A stretch of 64,000 bases of DNA from Octopus vulgaris (taxonomy: Eukaryota), in contig OX597818.1 of NCBI GenBank assembly GCA_951406725.2, positions 9,486,001 to 9,550,000 on the forward strand, read 5' to 3'. How positions within the stretch are numbered: position 1 is the stretch's first letter; each line of letters begins with the position of its first letter. A program made the translations under genes and the position numbers. The notes under the pieces are model-generated. The model did not search any database. It saw only the letters and a program-made list of their open reading frames with translations, and was not told the DNA's origin. Below are positions 13,588 to 24,779 of this stretch, piece after piece.

Positions 13588-14260
13588 AATTCTGATAGTA
13601 ATAATTGGTATAAGTTAGTATAAATAGTTTTGTACTCATTACTATTCCTAATTATTTAAATTCTTCTTGTTAGGAGGGAGCTATTATCTAACAAATGCAA
13701 ACCCCGTTATTGGAATGTAGATAACAAAACAAATTCGCATTTTTTTATATTGAGAAATGTCTTGTAATTATTGTTCCGCTTGTACATTGTGTTTACGGCA
13801 TACGTGTTTACTGGTTGATATTTTCTGAAAACATCAGCTTCTCCAGATTGCCATTTCAGTATTAACGCACTAAACCAAAGTACCAAATAATATAGGTATG
13901 AATGTGAATTATAATTTGGATTTGGAAGGAGAATATTACGGAACAACTCTCAGTTGTTAATCCTTTTCGGTTTAAATTTTCGAATACCGAGCGACTGAAC
14001 TCTATGACAGTTTTTTTCCCCATCAGTCCTAAACAAACAATCCACTGAGCCCCTTGATGAAATTGAGTGTCCTTCTAGTGTCCGAACGTTTAGAATGTTA
14101 TTTTTACATCTCTGATAATATTGAAACATTCCCAACAGTAATATACCATTTTGTCCGAAAATTACATACGAAACTTCTGGATATATAAATACATAGTATA
14201 TTTGTATGTATTACTACGTATACATATGTTATACAAACATATTTTATATTTATTTATCTA

Positions 14261-14325
<65 letters not shown>

Positions 14326-14515
14326 ATGTATATATATATATACAAACACACATACATATATATATTCGTATACATTCATTCGTACATATATATTTTTATG
14401 TATGTATACATGTATGACTAGGCGTGTAGGCAGGAATTATATGAATGCATATACAGTTATGCCTTCATATATACAAATATATATGTACATAGATTTGTAT
14501 ATGTACATATGTATA

Positions 14516-14563
<48 letters not shown>

Positions 14564-14583
14564 TACATATCTATCCACCTGTG

Positions 14584-14633
<50 letters not shown>

Positions 14634-14737
14634 AGTGTGTGTGTGTGCACGTATACACACAGATACGAACATCCGTGTTTGTGTGTATGCATGAACTTTA
14701 CTTGTGCGTGTGCGTGCATATTCGACTGAGAATATAT

Positions 14738-14804
<67 letters not shown>

Positions 14805-14866
14805 TTTGTTCTATATATATACATACACACATATAAAACCATCCGAATTTCTGAGTACCTCATTTC

Positions 14867-14912
<46 letters not shown>

Positions 14913-15786
14913 TCTTTGTGTGTCCTTCTCTGTAAAAGTGTTTATTGATTAAATTATCACAAAAGACAAACGCAAGCTAGGAAACCATGATATAGTAGAA
15001 TTACCACTGAAAATTAGGACATGCTTTTCTATTTTCGTTCGAGCTGCAAGCAGAATATATTAGCATAAATGTATACATTGCAATGTGCTTGCTTGCATTG
15101 ATGTGTGTGCATTATTATATCTGTAACGAGACTTCTGTGATGAAATATTGTATTCTACAGCTTTGCTTTTGATGGTTTTTTTTTTCGTATACATATATAT
15201 ATTTTTTAAATTTCTATTGTCGTGACTTTTCTGTGTTGTTTGCCTGATTTACAGTACAAACACGCACACACACACACATACACACACACATACACACACA
15301 TACACACACATACACACACATGTACATGTGGACATAAACACTCATACAAGTGAATGCATGCGTACGTGTACCTGTAAGTGTGTATATGCGTATGTTGATG
15401 TGTGTTTTTGTTTAAAAGTACAATGAGGGTGACATACTTCTATAAAACACTCATACACATAATCACACATGTCTATGTATCTATATATTCATTAATTCGT
15501 TGCAATCTACTGTTTCACCGAATTGCCACTCCGTCTTTGACGTCGATTGCAGAAATGAATGAAACTGCGAGAAACAGTAAATTCAGAATAGCAAGAGATT
15601 GTGGATTTATGTGCATATGTGGGAAAGAATTAATGCACATGACAATATCTATTCAGTGCTTTCTTTTCAATAGCGAGTGAGAGAGAGAACGAAAGAAAGA
15701 AAAGAAACAAAGAAACAATGAGACATTTGTATATATATAAACATACATATGTTTAGATAGAAGCATAAGTATACATATGTATTCAC

Positions 15787-16006
<220 letters not shown>

Positions 16007-16217
16007 TAAAGGGCTATACACAGAGGGGACAAACAAGGACAGACAAACGGATTAAGTCGATTATATCGACCCCTGGCGTAACTGGTACTTATTTAATCGA
16101 CCCCGAAAGGATGAAAGGTGAAGTAGACCCTGGCGGAATTTGAACTAAGAACGTAACGGCAGACGAAATACGGCTACGCATTTCGCCCGGAGTGCTAATT
16201 TTTCTGCCAGCTCGCCG
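16007..16217 (-). mobile_element. SINE family 3, near full length
   Basis: Minus strand reads CGGCGAGCTGGCAGAAAATTAGCAC...GTTCAAATTCC (B-box-like)...TTTCATCCTTTCGGGGTCGAT...AAGTACCAG. Further copies lie at 13372, 37805-38555 and 54510. Confidence 0.85.
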
Positions 16218-16219
16218 TA

Positions 16220-16716
16220 CCTTGATGCAGTACCAGGCAGTGGCTCTCATGGCTTCTAATCTGAACTGATTGGAAGTGTTATCATGTGCATTGTTTTACC
16301 TTGGTATAAAAGATGGGCTACAGCAAATATTCTGCTCAATACTACAGATGTGCTTGTCAGTTGTTTGACCTTAACTTGTTGAGCATATCCCTTAGAGGCT
16401 GACGATATGTACATCTTTGATCACAAGCAGAAGTAGTAGGGGAGCACCATACCCATGTGTTGAGAGGAATTCTTTGGGGTTTTGACAATTCAGCATTGGA
16501 AATAAGGGTGTTTCGTTTAACATCCTTAAACCACCCTTATTCAGGAACTTTTTGAATGGGATGGGCTACTCAACTTGAAGAAAATTCTAACTGGACCCCA
16601 CCTGCAAACTCATGCGCCTGGTGTACCCTTATCAAACGGGTAGTCATGATGGATATACTGGGCTTCATATATTTTACCCCAGTGTCACCTTGATGGCAAT
16701 CACTGCTCTCTCACTC
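16220..16716. mobile_element. ~500-bp non-coding interspersed repeat associated with (TAA)n, copy A
   Basis: Colinear with 18871-19390 from (C)CTTGATGCAGTACCAG to CTCTCTCACTC, and followed by (AAT)n. Confidence 0.88.
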
Positions 16717-16899
16717 AATAATAATAATATTAATAACAATAATAATAAAAATAATACTAATAACGACAACCACAACAAAGGTGGATTTCGATCTGTGTGT
16801 CTCAGGCGATCATGGTACCAAAGAATCCATTGCATGCGTCCAGAGACGATGTTCTGCCACTGAACGGACAGATCTCTTTCTTTTTGTCAATGCAAGGCG

Positions 16900-18690
16900 A
16901 AACAGAAAACCAAAAGAGAACGGTGAACTGCGAGAGAGAAAAGTCTCCCAGGCCGAAAAAGACAAATAAATAGAAAATAATACACATTAATAATAAAACA
17001 AAACATCTCACACCTCAAAACATCGGGCTGCAATCAAGCAGCATATCACATCAGACGTTATATCTCCGAAAACCCATAAGTCTCCTTGAAATAAATGACA
17101 GATACACAACAGAGGTAAGAATGCATACAGCAAATAAAAGGCTAAAAGAATGTACAATTACTACACAGTTACCAAAACCAGAAATAGTAGAGCACACCAA
17201 ACCTACAACAGACATAAAGAAGCAAATACTGAAACACAAAACATCAACAAACAAAATAACACACACCATGACAGACCAGCTGTAATCGATGATGGGGACG
17301 AATCTACAGAAGAAATAACACAAATAGAACAGAGACATCACAAATCGATAAATATAGAGTCAGCGTAAACGTCTCACCAGACTACAAATAGTAGACAGCT
17401 CTGTGAAAGGATTTATAGACACACCAGAGCCCTACACGTAATAATGATCGCATGAAACGATTCCCTAGATATCAACAAACTGAACGACCTGATCTACGCA
17501 ACAGCTGTAATGATATCCAGGGAAACTAGACATGACCCTTTCGACGATAAAAAAAAACGCAGCCAAATCTCAAACCCCAAAATGGAAGTAGAACATAATA
17601 ACAAGATAGAAAGAAAGGAAAGAAAGACTATCGCTACGCTATGAATTAGATAAAGAGGGATCAAACAAGAAAAATATAATCAAGACATACACAACAACAT
17701 ATACAGGAAAAATTAAGAAGATACCAGCAAGGTAACAGAAAAAATATTAAGCATGGTATAACAGCGAAATACGGAAACGCTTCTTCAAAGAAAATAGAGA
17801 ATTAAAAATAAGCAGGAAAATATTTTACAGAAAGTTAAACAAAAAATACTTCAATAGACGACATGGATACAACAATAACGTTCAGTGGGTAAATAGGGAA
17901 AAGGAAAGTAAGAGCAAAGTAGCACCACGGTATGCCCCACAATCACAAGCCAAGAAATTGCGGAAACACAAAGGACTGCCTGTAGTTGGAAAGCTCAAGG
18001 ATTAGACAAGATCCCCAAATTCTGGCTGAAATACCTCACCAGTACCCAAACCCATTTAGCAGCAGCGTTTAATTTATTAATAAGCAAGTCAGAATCAACA
18101 CCAAACTGGGTTTTTGAGGGACAAACTATCCTAGTACCACCCCAACCACCACCATAAATAAAAACACCGTACACCCACAAAATATTATAGGCCAATAGCA
18201 TTCCTATCAATAATCTACAAAACTCTCGTATCAGTTACCTGCTGCCGGCATATTATACATCTGGAAAGCAACAATGCTTTACCACAAGAACACAAGGTTT
18301 GCTGGAGACGGATTTCTGGATGTAAGGAGCAACTTCTGGTAAACCAAGCCATTATAGAGGATGTAAGAGAAGAAAGACAAACCTCAACATGCATTGGATT
18401 GATTCCCAGAAAGCACTCGTCAGTGTTCCACACTCATGAACACCGGAATTTCTCCGCACCAATAAGGTAGACCCAACTCTACGAAAATATATCAATCATG
18501 CAATGACATACTGGAAAAACAATATAACTCTGAAAAATGAATCACTAGTCCTATACACATAAGAAGAGAGTTTTTCTATTGCTCTTCTGCCTTGCTCTGA
18601 CCCCTCCAACAAACTTGTTAAATGAAACTACCATGGGCTATGAATGCTATGGACAACCATAAACATGTACATGGATGATTTTAAAAAAAT
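16900..18690 (+). pseudogene. R4/Dong-clade non-LTR retrotransposon ORF remnant (N-terminal region and RT)
   Basis: Frame-broken RT motifs include KAQGLDKIPKFWLKYLT, WVFEGQTILVP and ISGCKEQLLVNQAII. It ends near a YMDD-encoding TACATGGATGAT (~18668) abutting a (TAA)n tract. Confidence 0.8.
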
Positions 18691-18714
18691 TCATTAATAA
18701 CACTACGGAAGTTA

Positions 18715-18802
18715 TGATAATAATAATAACAATAATAATAATAATAATAATAATGATAATAATGATAATAATAATAATAATAACAACAACAACAACAACA
18801 AC

Positions 18803-18855
<53 letters not shown>

Positions 18856-18868
18856 TAATAATAATAAA
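18715..18868. repeat. (AAT)n/(AAC)n microsatellite
   Basis: Visible directly in the sequence. Confidence 0.97.
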
Positions 18869-18870
18869 TA

Positions 18871-19390
18871 CCCTGATGCAGTACCAGACAGGGGCTCTCA
18901 TGCCTTCTGATCTTAACAGATTGGAAGTGTTATCATGCACGTTGTTTTGTCTTGGTATAAAAGATGGGCTACAGCAAATATTCTGCTCAATGCCACAGAT
19001 TTGCTTGTCAGTTGTTTGTCTTTAACCAGTTGACCATGTCCCTTACTGGCTGACGATATGTGCATGCCTGATCATGACCAGAAGTAGTGGGGGAGCATCA
19101 TAGCCATGTGTTGAAAGGAATTCTCGGAGGTTTAGATAATTCGCCTTAAACAACCCTTATTCAGGGACCATTTGAGCGCGATGGCCTTCAACCTGAAGAA
19201 AATTCTAAATGAGCCCCACCTGCAAGTTCATGCGGTATTTACCTTGATATGAAATCACCTTGTCGTGCACATATGGTTTTGATGCATGCACCTGGTGTAC
19301 CCTTATCAGACGAGTAGTCATGATGGGTATACTGGGCTTCGTATATTTTACCCCAGTGTCAGTTCGATGTCATGCACTGCTCTCTCACTC
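18871..19390. mobile_element. ~520-bp non-coding repeat embedded in (TAA)n, copy B
   Basis: Flanked on both sides by (AAT)n and colinear with copy A, with reciprocal indels. Confidence 0.9.
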
Positions 19391-19396
19391 AATAAC

Positions 19397-19434
<38 letters not shown>

Positions 19435-21072
19435 CATTCCACCAATGTTGTCGTTGTACAACATCGGTGGAATGGGATAAAAGAACCTGTGGAAGATCTG
19501 AAGGAAGCGGTCTTTTAAGGAAAATAATCACAAAATCGAAATTTTACTGCACTACAAAGCACAGTTTCTCCTATGCTCGATGTGTCAGTGAAGTATGTGC
19601 GCATCACACACGCTAAATCAATATTGGAAAGTTTGCAAATTATAAAATATAAATGGTGCAAAACTAAGTCCATAAATTGAGTAATTACGCATGCATTCGA
19701 ATGTCTACAAAATCATATATACGTTTTCATAACCATACATCCCAATGTTTATACAACTACGTGAAATTTAAAGGACACACATACACGCACGGCTCAACGA
19801 TAACAAAGTAAAATAGAAACCGAATTGTCGTCACCCGGAACACCAAAGACCACGTACTCGAATAATGAACCAGATTCTATTCCAAAAATCAGTTACTGAT
19901 TCAAATCTTCCAGAAACACAGGAGCTGGCAGTACCCCACAACTGGAATATTCTAAAAGATGGCCATTCACGCTCATCATCAAATAACCAAAGGAAAAGGA
20001 ATGAAAAATGGTCAATGGGAGAGGATCTTATGGCCTTCTATTATGCCATATCTTCCCAACAAATAAATCTAATACTGTACAAACCTTTTTAAACTTGAGA
20101 CAGAAACACCTTGAAGTAAAACCCTCCATAGACAGTAACAAACCTCCAAACAACAGAAGAAACATTATGAAAAATAAATTACTAAAGGAATTTGACATTG
20201 GCCAAATTAAACAATCACTAAGGGATAAAAGGAACGAAGCTGCAGCTAAAGAATATGCTAAAGAGGAAATAATTATAGACCAGCCTAGGGCTGAGAAAAT
20301 GCAGTAATGATTGAAAGAGTTAATGTAACAGATAAGCAAAGTGAAATACTCTCTGAACTAACCATAAATACTAAGGCAAATGAAAATCAAATAGATGAAG
20401 AAAGTCACACATAAATTGACCCAACAGAACTACATGAGCTAAAAAATCAATTCATGATTGAATGGCAGAAAATTAAAGAAACCAATATGAATGAATGTAA
20501 TACTCTCCCAAAAATTTGCAATTCTAACCAAAACCTGACAATAATTGGTAAAATCCGCCTTGCACTTAAGGATATAATTTCAGCTAATGGTGTTGATATT
20601 ACAGATCTTAACCACCTGTAATATGCATCCACGAAAATCTCAACGATTCTATGTGGTGAAAAGATTAGAACACAACATTCCTGCAAAAAAGCCCACTTGA
20701 CAAGAGTGTATTCAACATAGCAAGGTGTGAAAAGTGCGCAAGATTTTTCAAGATGAACAATATGTACAAGTATAATCCAAAAATTTTTTACAGAAGGATA
20801 GGGAAAATACCAGTTACAGTAAAGTCTATCCCATCAAAATAAGTGCAGGATTTTGCAATAAATTTTGGACAGAAGAAAAAACGCACAATAAAAAGTCCCC
20901 TTGCATTGATAGGATATCTAGTGACTCAGACTCCTTAGAAGAATAAAAGTGGGAGTGTATCAAGTTAGTGGATGTAATATCTGCTCTCAAGAGGTTAAGC
21001 AAATGAAAGTCTCCAGGAATGGCAAAATTCCTGACCTCTGGTTGAATGCCTTTCCAGAGAGTCATGAACTGC
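19435..21072 (+). mobile_element. R4/Dong-like element, 5' portion (degenerate)
   Basis: Starts right after (AAT)n with a 17-bp hairpin. Broken ORF pieces from ~19865 (KWSMGEDLMAFYYA; ELKNQFMIEWQKIKET; DLNHL*YAS; KSPG-like motif near 21010) resemble the N-terminal and pre-RT region of the 16900-18690 fragment. Confidence 0.6.
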
Positions 21073-21074
21073 AC

Positions 21075-21133
21075 GCTTCCAATCAGTTAAGATTAGAAGC
21101 CATGAGAGCCACTGCCTGATACTGCATCAGAGC
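21075..21133. mobile_element. Terminal fragment of the (TAA)n-associated repeat, copy C (inverted relative to A and B)
   Basis: The reverse complement GCTCTGATGCAGTATCAGGCAGTGGCTCTCATGGCTTCTAATCTTAACTGATTGGAAG matches the start of copies A and B. It adjoins (ATT)n. Confidence 0.85.
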
Positions 21134-21134
21134 A

Positions 21135-21194
<60 letters not shown>

Positions 21195-21333
21195 GTTATT
21201 ATTATTATTATTCAGGCCACTACCTGGAATCGAACTCGGAATATTGGAGTTAGTAGCCCACACACTTAACCACTACGCCCTATGCCCACGAGCATATGGC
21301 GTAGTGGTTAAAAGTAATAAAAAATTTTTTTTA

Positions 21334-21376
<43 letters not shown>

Positions 21377-21378
21377 TC

Positions 21379-21414
<36 letters not shown>

Positions 21415-21563
21415 TCGAAAAATACCTTAGGAATGAGAACCCAGGTTCGAAATTTCTCCAAAACACCTGATGAAGGCTGGAGGGTATATCAGCCGAAGTG
21501 TTGTGTTAACAACAAACAAGATGAGGATAAATATCCGTCAAATGTAAATAATGTAAATAATGT
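21134..21563. mobile_element. tRNA-headed SINE-like element with a hammerhead-bearing tail and an inverted 5' copy
   Basis: A minus-strand tRNA-like head (21211-21287; A-box GGCGTAGTGG, B-box GTTCGATTCC) runs into (AAT)n. It is joined head-to-head with a plus-strand head (21290-21315), followed by (AAT)n and a body at 21410-21563 containing a hammerhead fold. Confidence 0.7.
21462..21507 (+). ncRNA. Hammerhead ribozyme motif, probably inactivated
   Basis: AACAC-CTGATGA-a-GGCTG(10 nt)CAGCC-GAAG-TG-TT-GTGTT. Helix I and helix II are perfect 5-bp stems. The canonical GAAAC is changed to GAAGT. Confidence 0.7.
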
Positions 21564-21564
21564 A

Positions 21565-21945
21565 GGAAACCAGACATAGTGTTAATTGAGAAAGAAAGCA
21601 AACGATGCTGGGTCATAGATATAGCATGCCCAGGAAGAAAGAAAAGTCGATAGATATGACAGGTTTAGTTTGGGAGGTTAATCAGTTGTGGTCGCTGAAA
21701 AAGGTGGTTGTAGTACCAATAATTGTAGGAGCCCTGGGAACAGAGATTAAAAATCTTAAGCAGTACGTGGAACAAATAGGGGCTGCAATAAAGGTGGAGG
21801 ACTTTCAGAAAACAGCACTGCTTGGAACCGCTTGAATATCCCGGATGTTGCTCGAAAATAAGGGGTGTTACCTTAGTTCACTGGTAGTGAACAGCTGGCA
21901 GCGTAGTACATCTCCAGCAAAGACAATAAATGATAATACTAATCA
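21565..21945 (+). mobile_element. R4/Dong 3' end: restriction-like endonuclease (RLE) remnant, 3' UTR and TAA-like tail
   Basis: RKPDIVLIEKESKRCWVIDIACP (PD..D motif), then LWSLKKVVVVPIIVGALGT...QKTALLGTA. It ends aataaatgataatactaat. Confidence 0.88.
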
Positions 21946-23195
21946 TACTTTAATGAGCGTAATGTCCATATGTCTGTCTGTACCCTCCTGGCGGTCAAAC
22001 GGCTGGACCAGTGGTCAAGATGTTTTTCGGGATTACTAAAGAGGTAATCAGGCAGGATTTTAGCGAAAACAATGTGAACAAAATATGATCATCTAGTGAA
22101 TATTGAAGGTAATGTTTCAGTTTACGGCTGTAAACAAAGTAAATAAAAAAGTAAGGGGTGATAACTCGCAATATAAGAAGCAAAGGGAAGTAAATCAACT
22201 TATTTTTCCACTGGATTACGTCAAAAGCTTTATTAAGGAATCATTGTGGTGTTTTGGCTCATCTTTAATTGGTGACTACTACGAATTTTGTCAATAACGA
22301 TTGTATGCATAAAGTTGTGTAATGCTTTATTAAATGTTCCTTCGTTCCACGTCATTATGACCTGGAAACGGAAATCAGGAATTGGTAGGACTGCCAGGAA
22401 AGCTGCCGCTATCAAAAGTAAGAGACAATCCACCAGTGAATACAGAGAAGCCCAACAGAATAAGGATACGGAAGCTCATAGAATTTGCCGTAATACAGAA
22501 GTGAGAGCGTGATAACAGAGTAGGGATACGCTAGCTCGTCAAATAGCACGAAAAATCCTCAAGTGAGAGCTTCGGACCAGATAAGGAACACTCTAGCTCG
22601 CTGAAAATCAAGACAAGTGCAAGTACAAGTAAAAGATAATGGCTTTTTTTACGCATACCAGCTGCAGGTAAGAACTAATTCGGATAATCATATTATGCGA
22701 AGTAGAAGACTTTTACATCAATATGCTGTAGATAAAAATGTCCGATAATGTTCCTTAGGTATTTTGATCCAGTGATTGGACACTGCAATGGAACAAGACA
22801 CACGGTAGCAGAACTAAATGCCAATCTTATCAAAGCAACAGACACCCACAATGGTAAACGCCTGTTCATTCCGCAGATACCCCTTATACCAACCGATAAC
22901 CGGTTTCCGTTCCAATTAAGAGGTAGGCAATTTCCTATAAAACTGGCATTCTCATTCACATCAAACAGGGCACGGGACCAGACTTTAGATCGTGTAGGTG
23001 TATTTTTACCCACTCCAATGCTTACACATGGCCAGTTATACGTCGCTATGAGTAGAGCAACGGACTCCAGTAACTTAAAAATTAGCGTCGACCGCACACA
23101 AAATACCGTCTACCAAGAAGATTTGTAACCATATTCATATTAAAGATCAATTGTTCATGAATAAAATTACTGTAGAGAATTGCCGAAGCAATGGC
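21946..23195 (+). mobile_element. Helitron deletion derivative with a PIF1 C-terminal remnant
   Basis: ORF 22748-23128 reads GHCNGTR...FIPQIPL...QFPIKLAFSFTSNRARDQTL...HGQLYVAMSRAT...TQNTVYQEDL. The element boundaries are approximate. Confidence 0.82.
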
Positions 23196-23199
23196 AAGG

Positions 23200-24690
23200 A
23201 TAGACTACAGAAAAGTGTTTGATAGTGTCACACATAATTGGTTACACATGGCCCTTCAGATATATGAGATTTTTCCGAATTCTTACAAGGTAGCATAGCT
23301 AGGTGGAACACTCGCCTCCTTCCAAAACATAGTAAGGGCATGAGCCAATCCAACATCAACATCAAACCAGACATCTTTCAAGGTGACTCCCACTCTCCAT
23401 TACTCTTTTGCATGGCACTCATCCCACTCTCAAAGGGACTGAATAACATCAGGTATGATTACAAAGTTTATAAAATTATAACAAACCGTCTGTTTTATAT
23501 GGGCGATCTGAAACACTTTGCTAGAAATAACCAAGAACTAGTAATGCTACTAACAACTTTTTAAGAGTTTAGCAATGATATTGGAATGGATTCTGGCCTG
23601 CATAAATGTGCTAAAATAGCTTTTGTAAGAGGCACGCTCAGACAAACAGCTTCCATTAAATTACAAACCGATGCTACAATCAAGAAACTCGACACAGAAC
23701 AAAAGTTATAAATGTCTAGAGATATGCGAATGAGATGGTATACAACTGCAACTATGAAGGTAAAAATAAGGAAGGAGTACGACTACTGTCGACTTATACT
23801 CAAAACTGAACTCAGCTCGAAAAATTGCATCGAAGCCATTAACACCTTGACATGCCCCGTAGTCCAATACAATTTTAACATCATTGACTGGAATCTTACG
23901 GAGCTCCAACGCCTAAACAGGAAGACAAGAAAATTATTATCATCTACGAATATGCAACATCCAAAAGCAAACGTTGATCGCCTGTGCTTGCTTAAAAGTA
24001 ATAGGGGAGGAGGACTGATGCAGGTAGAACTGTACTATAAGTCCTATATACTAGAAATGGTACTTATTTAGTACATAGCACTGGATGCTCTAGCCTGTGT
24101 ACAAATCAGAATGAAGCAAAATTTCACATTCTATTGTCAATGAAGCTTGCAAATTCGCAAGGGAACTTGGCATTAAGCCTAAATTAGATGAAGAACATGA
24201 AACCACTGCCACTAAACAAGCAAACCGTAGCAAGCAGACTGTATAAAAGAACGGGCAGAAACAAATTGAGGAGCAGAGGAGTCGGAAGCCCCTGCATGGA
24301 CAGTGTTTTCTTCGAAGTTGACATGCTGATGTAGACCAAGCAACAACCCATCAGTGACTGAGAAGATTAGGGCTGAAAGCAGAGACTGAAAGTTTCATAT
24401 TGTCAGTACAAGATCAAAGCTTGCTAAGCAGAAACTATCAAGCTAACGTTCTTCAAAACGGTTCTGACCCCAAATGCAGATTCTGCGACACATTTAACAA
24501 AATAATAGATCATCTCATCTCGAGATGTCTTGTGCTGACACCAAACGAATACAAAAATCGCCACGATTGGGTAGGACAGTATTTAGATTGGAAAATATGG
24601 AAGCACTACAGAAACAGCACTCCTGCTTACTGGTATGAACATCATCTTGAGTCAGTCATTGAAGGTAAAAATGTCACTATCCTCTGGGAT
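23200..24690 (+). pseudogene. R4/Dong-clade RT, thumb and CCHC zinc-finger remnant
   Basis: Motifs in order: IDYRKVFDSV; IFQGDSHSPLLFCMALIPLS; FYMGDLK; HPKANVDRL..GGGL; QDQSL.SRNY...CRFC....IDHLISRC...RHD.V...ILWD. Confidence 0.92.
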
Positions 24691-24779
24691 ATTTATGATC
24701 ATTACAATATGCATATTTGTATCACTTGTTAACATATTTACCCCAGGGATAAAAACTTTCCCTTCCTACTTCCACTTAA

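Noticed and set aside
21211-21287. Possible tRNA gene
   Set aside because: A and B boxes are present, but the acceptor and anticodon stems pair poorly, and it runs into (AAT)n and an inverted copy. It is better explained as a SINE head. The same applies to the heads at 11877 and 41740-41813.
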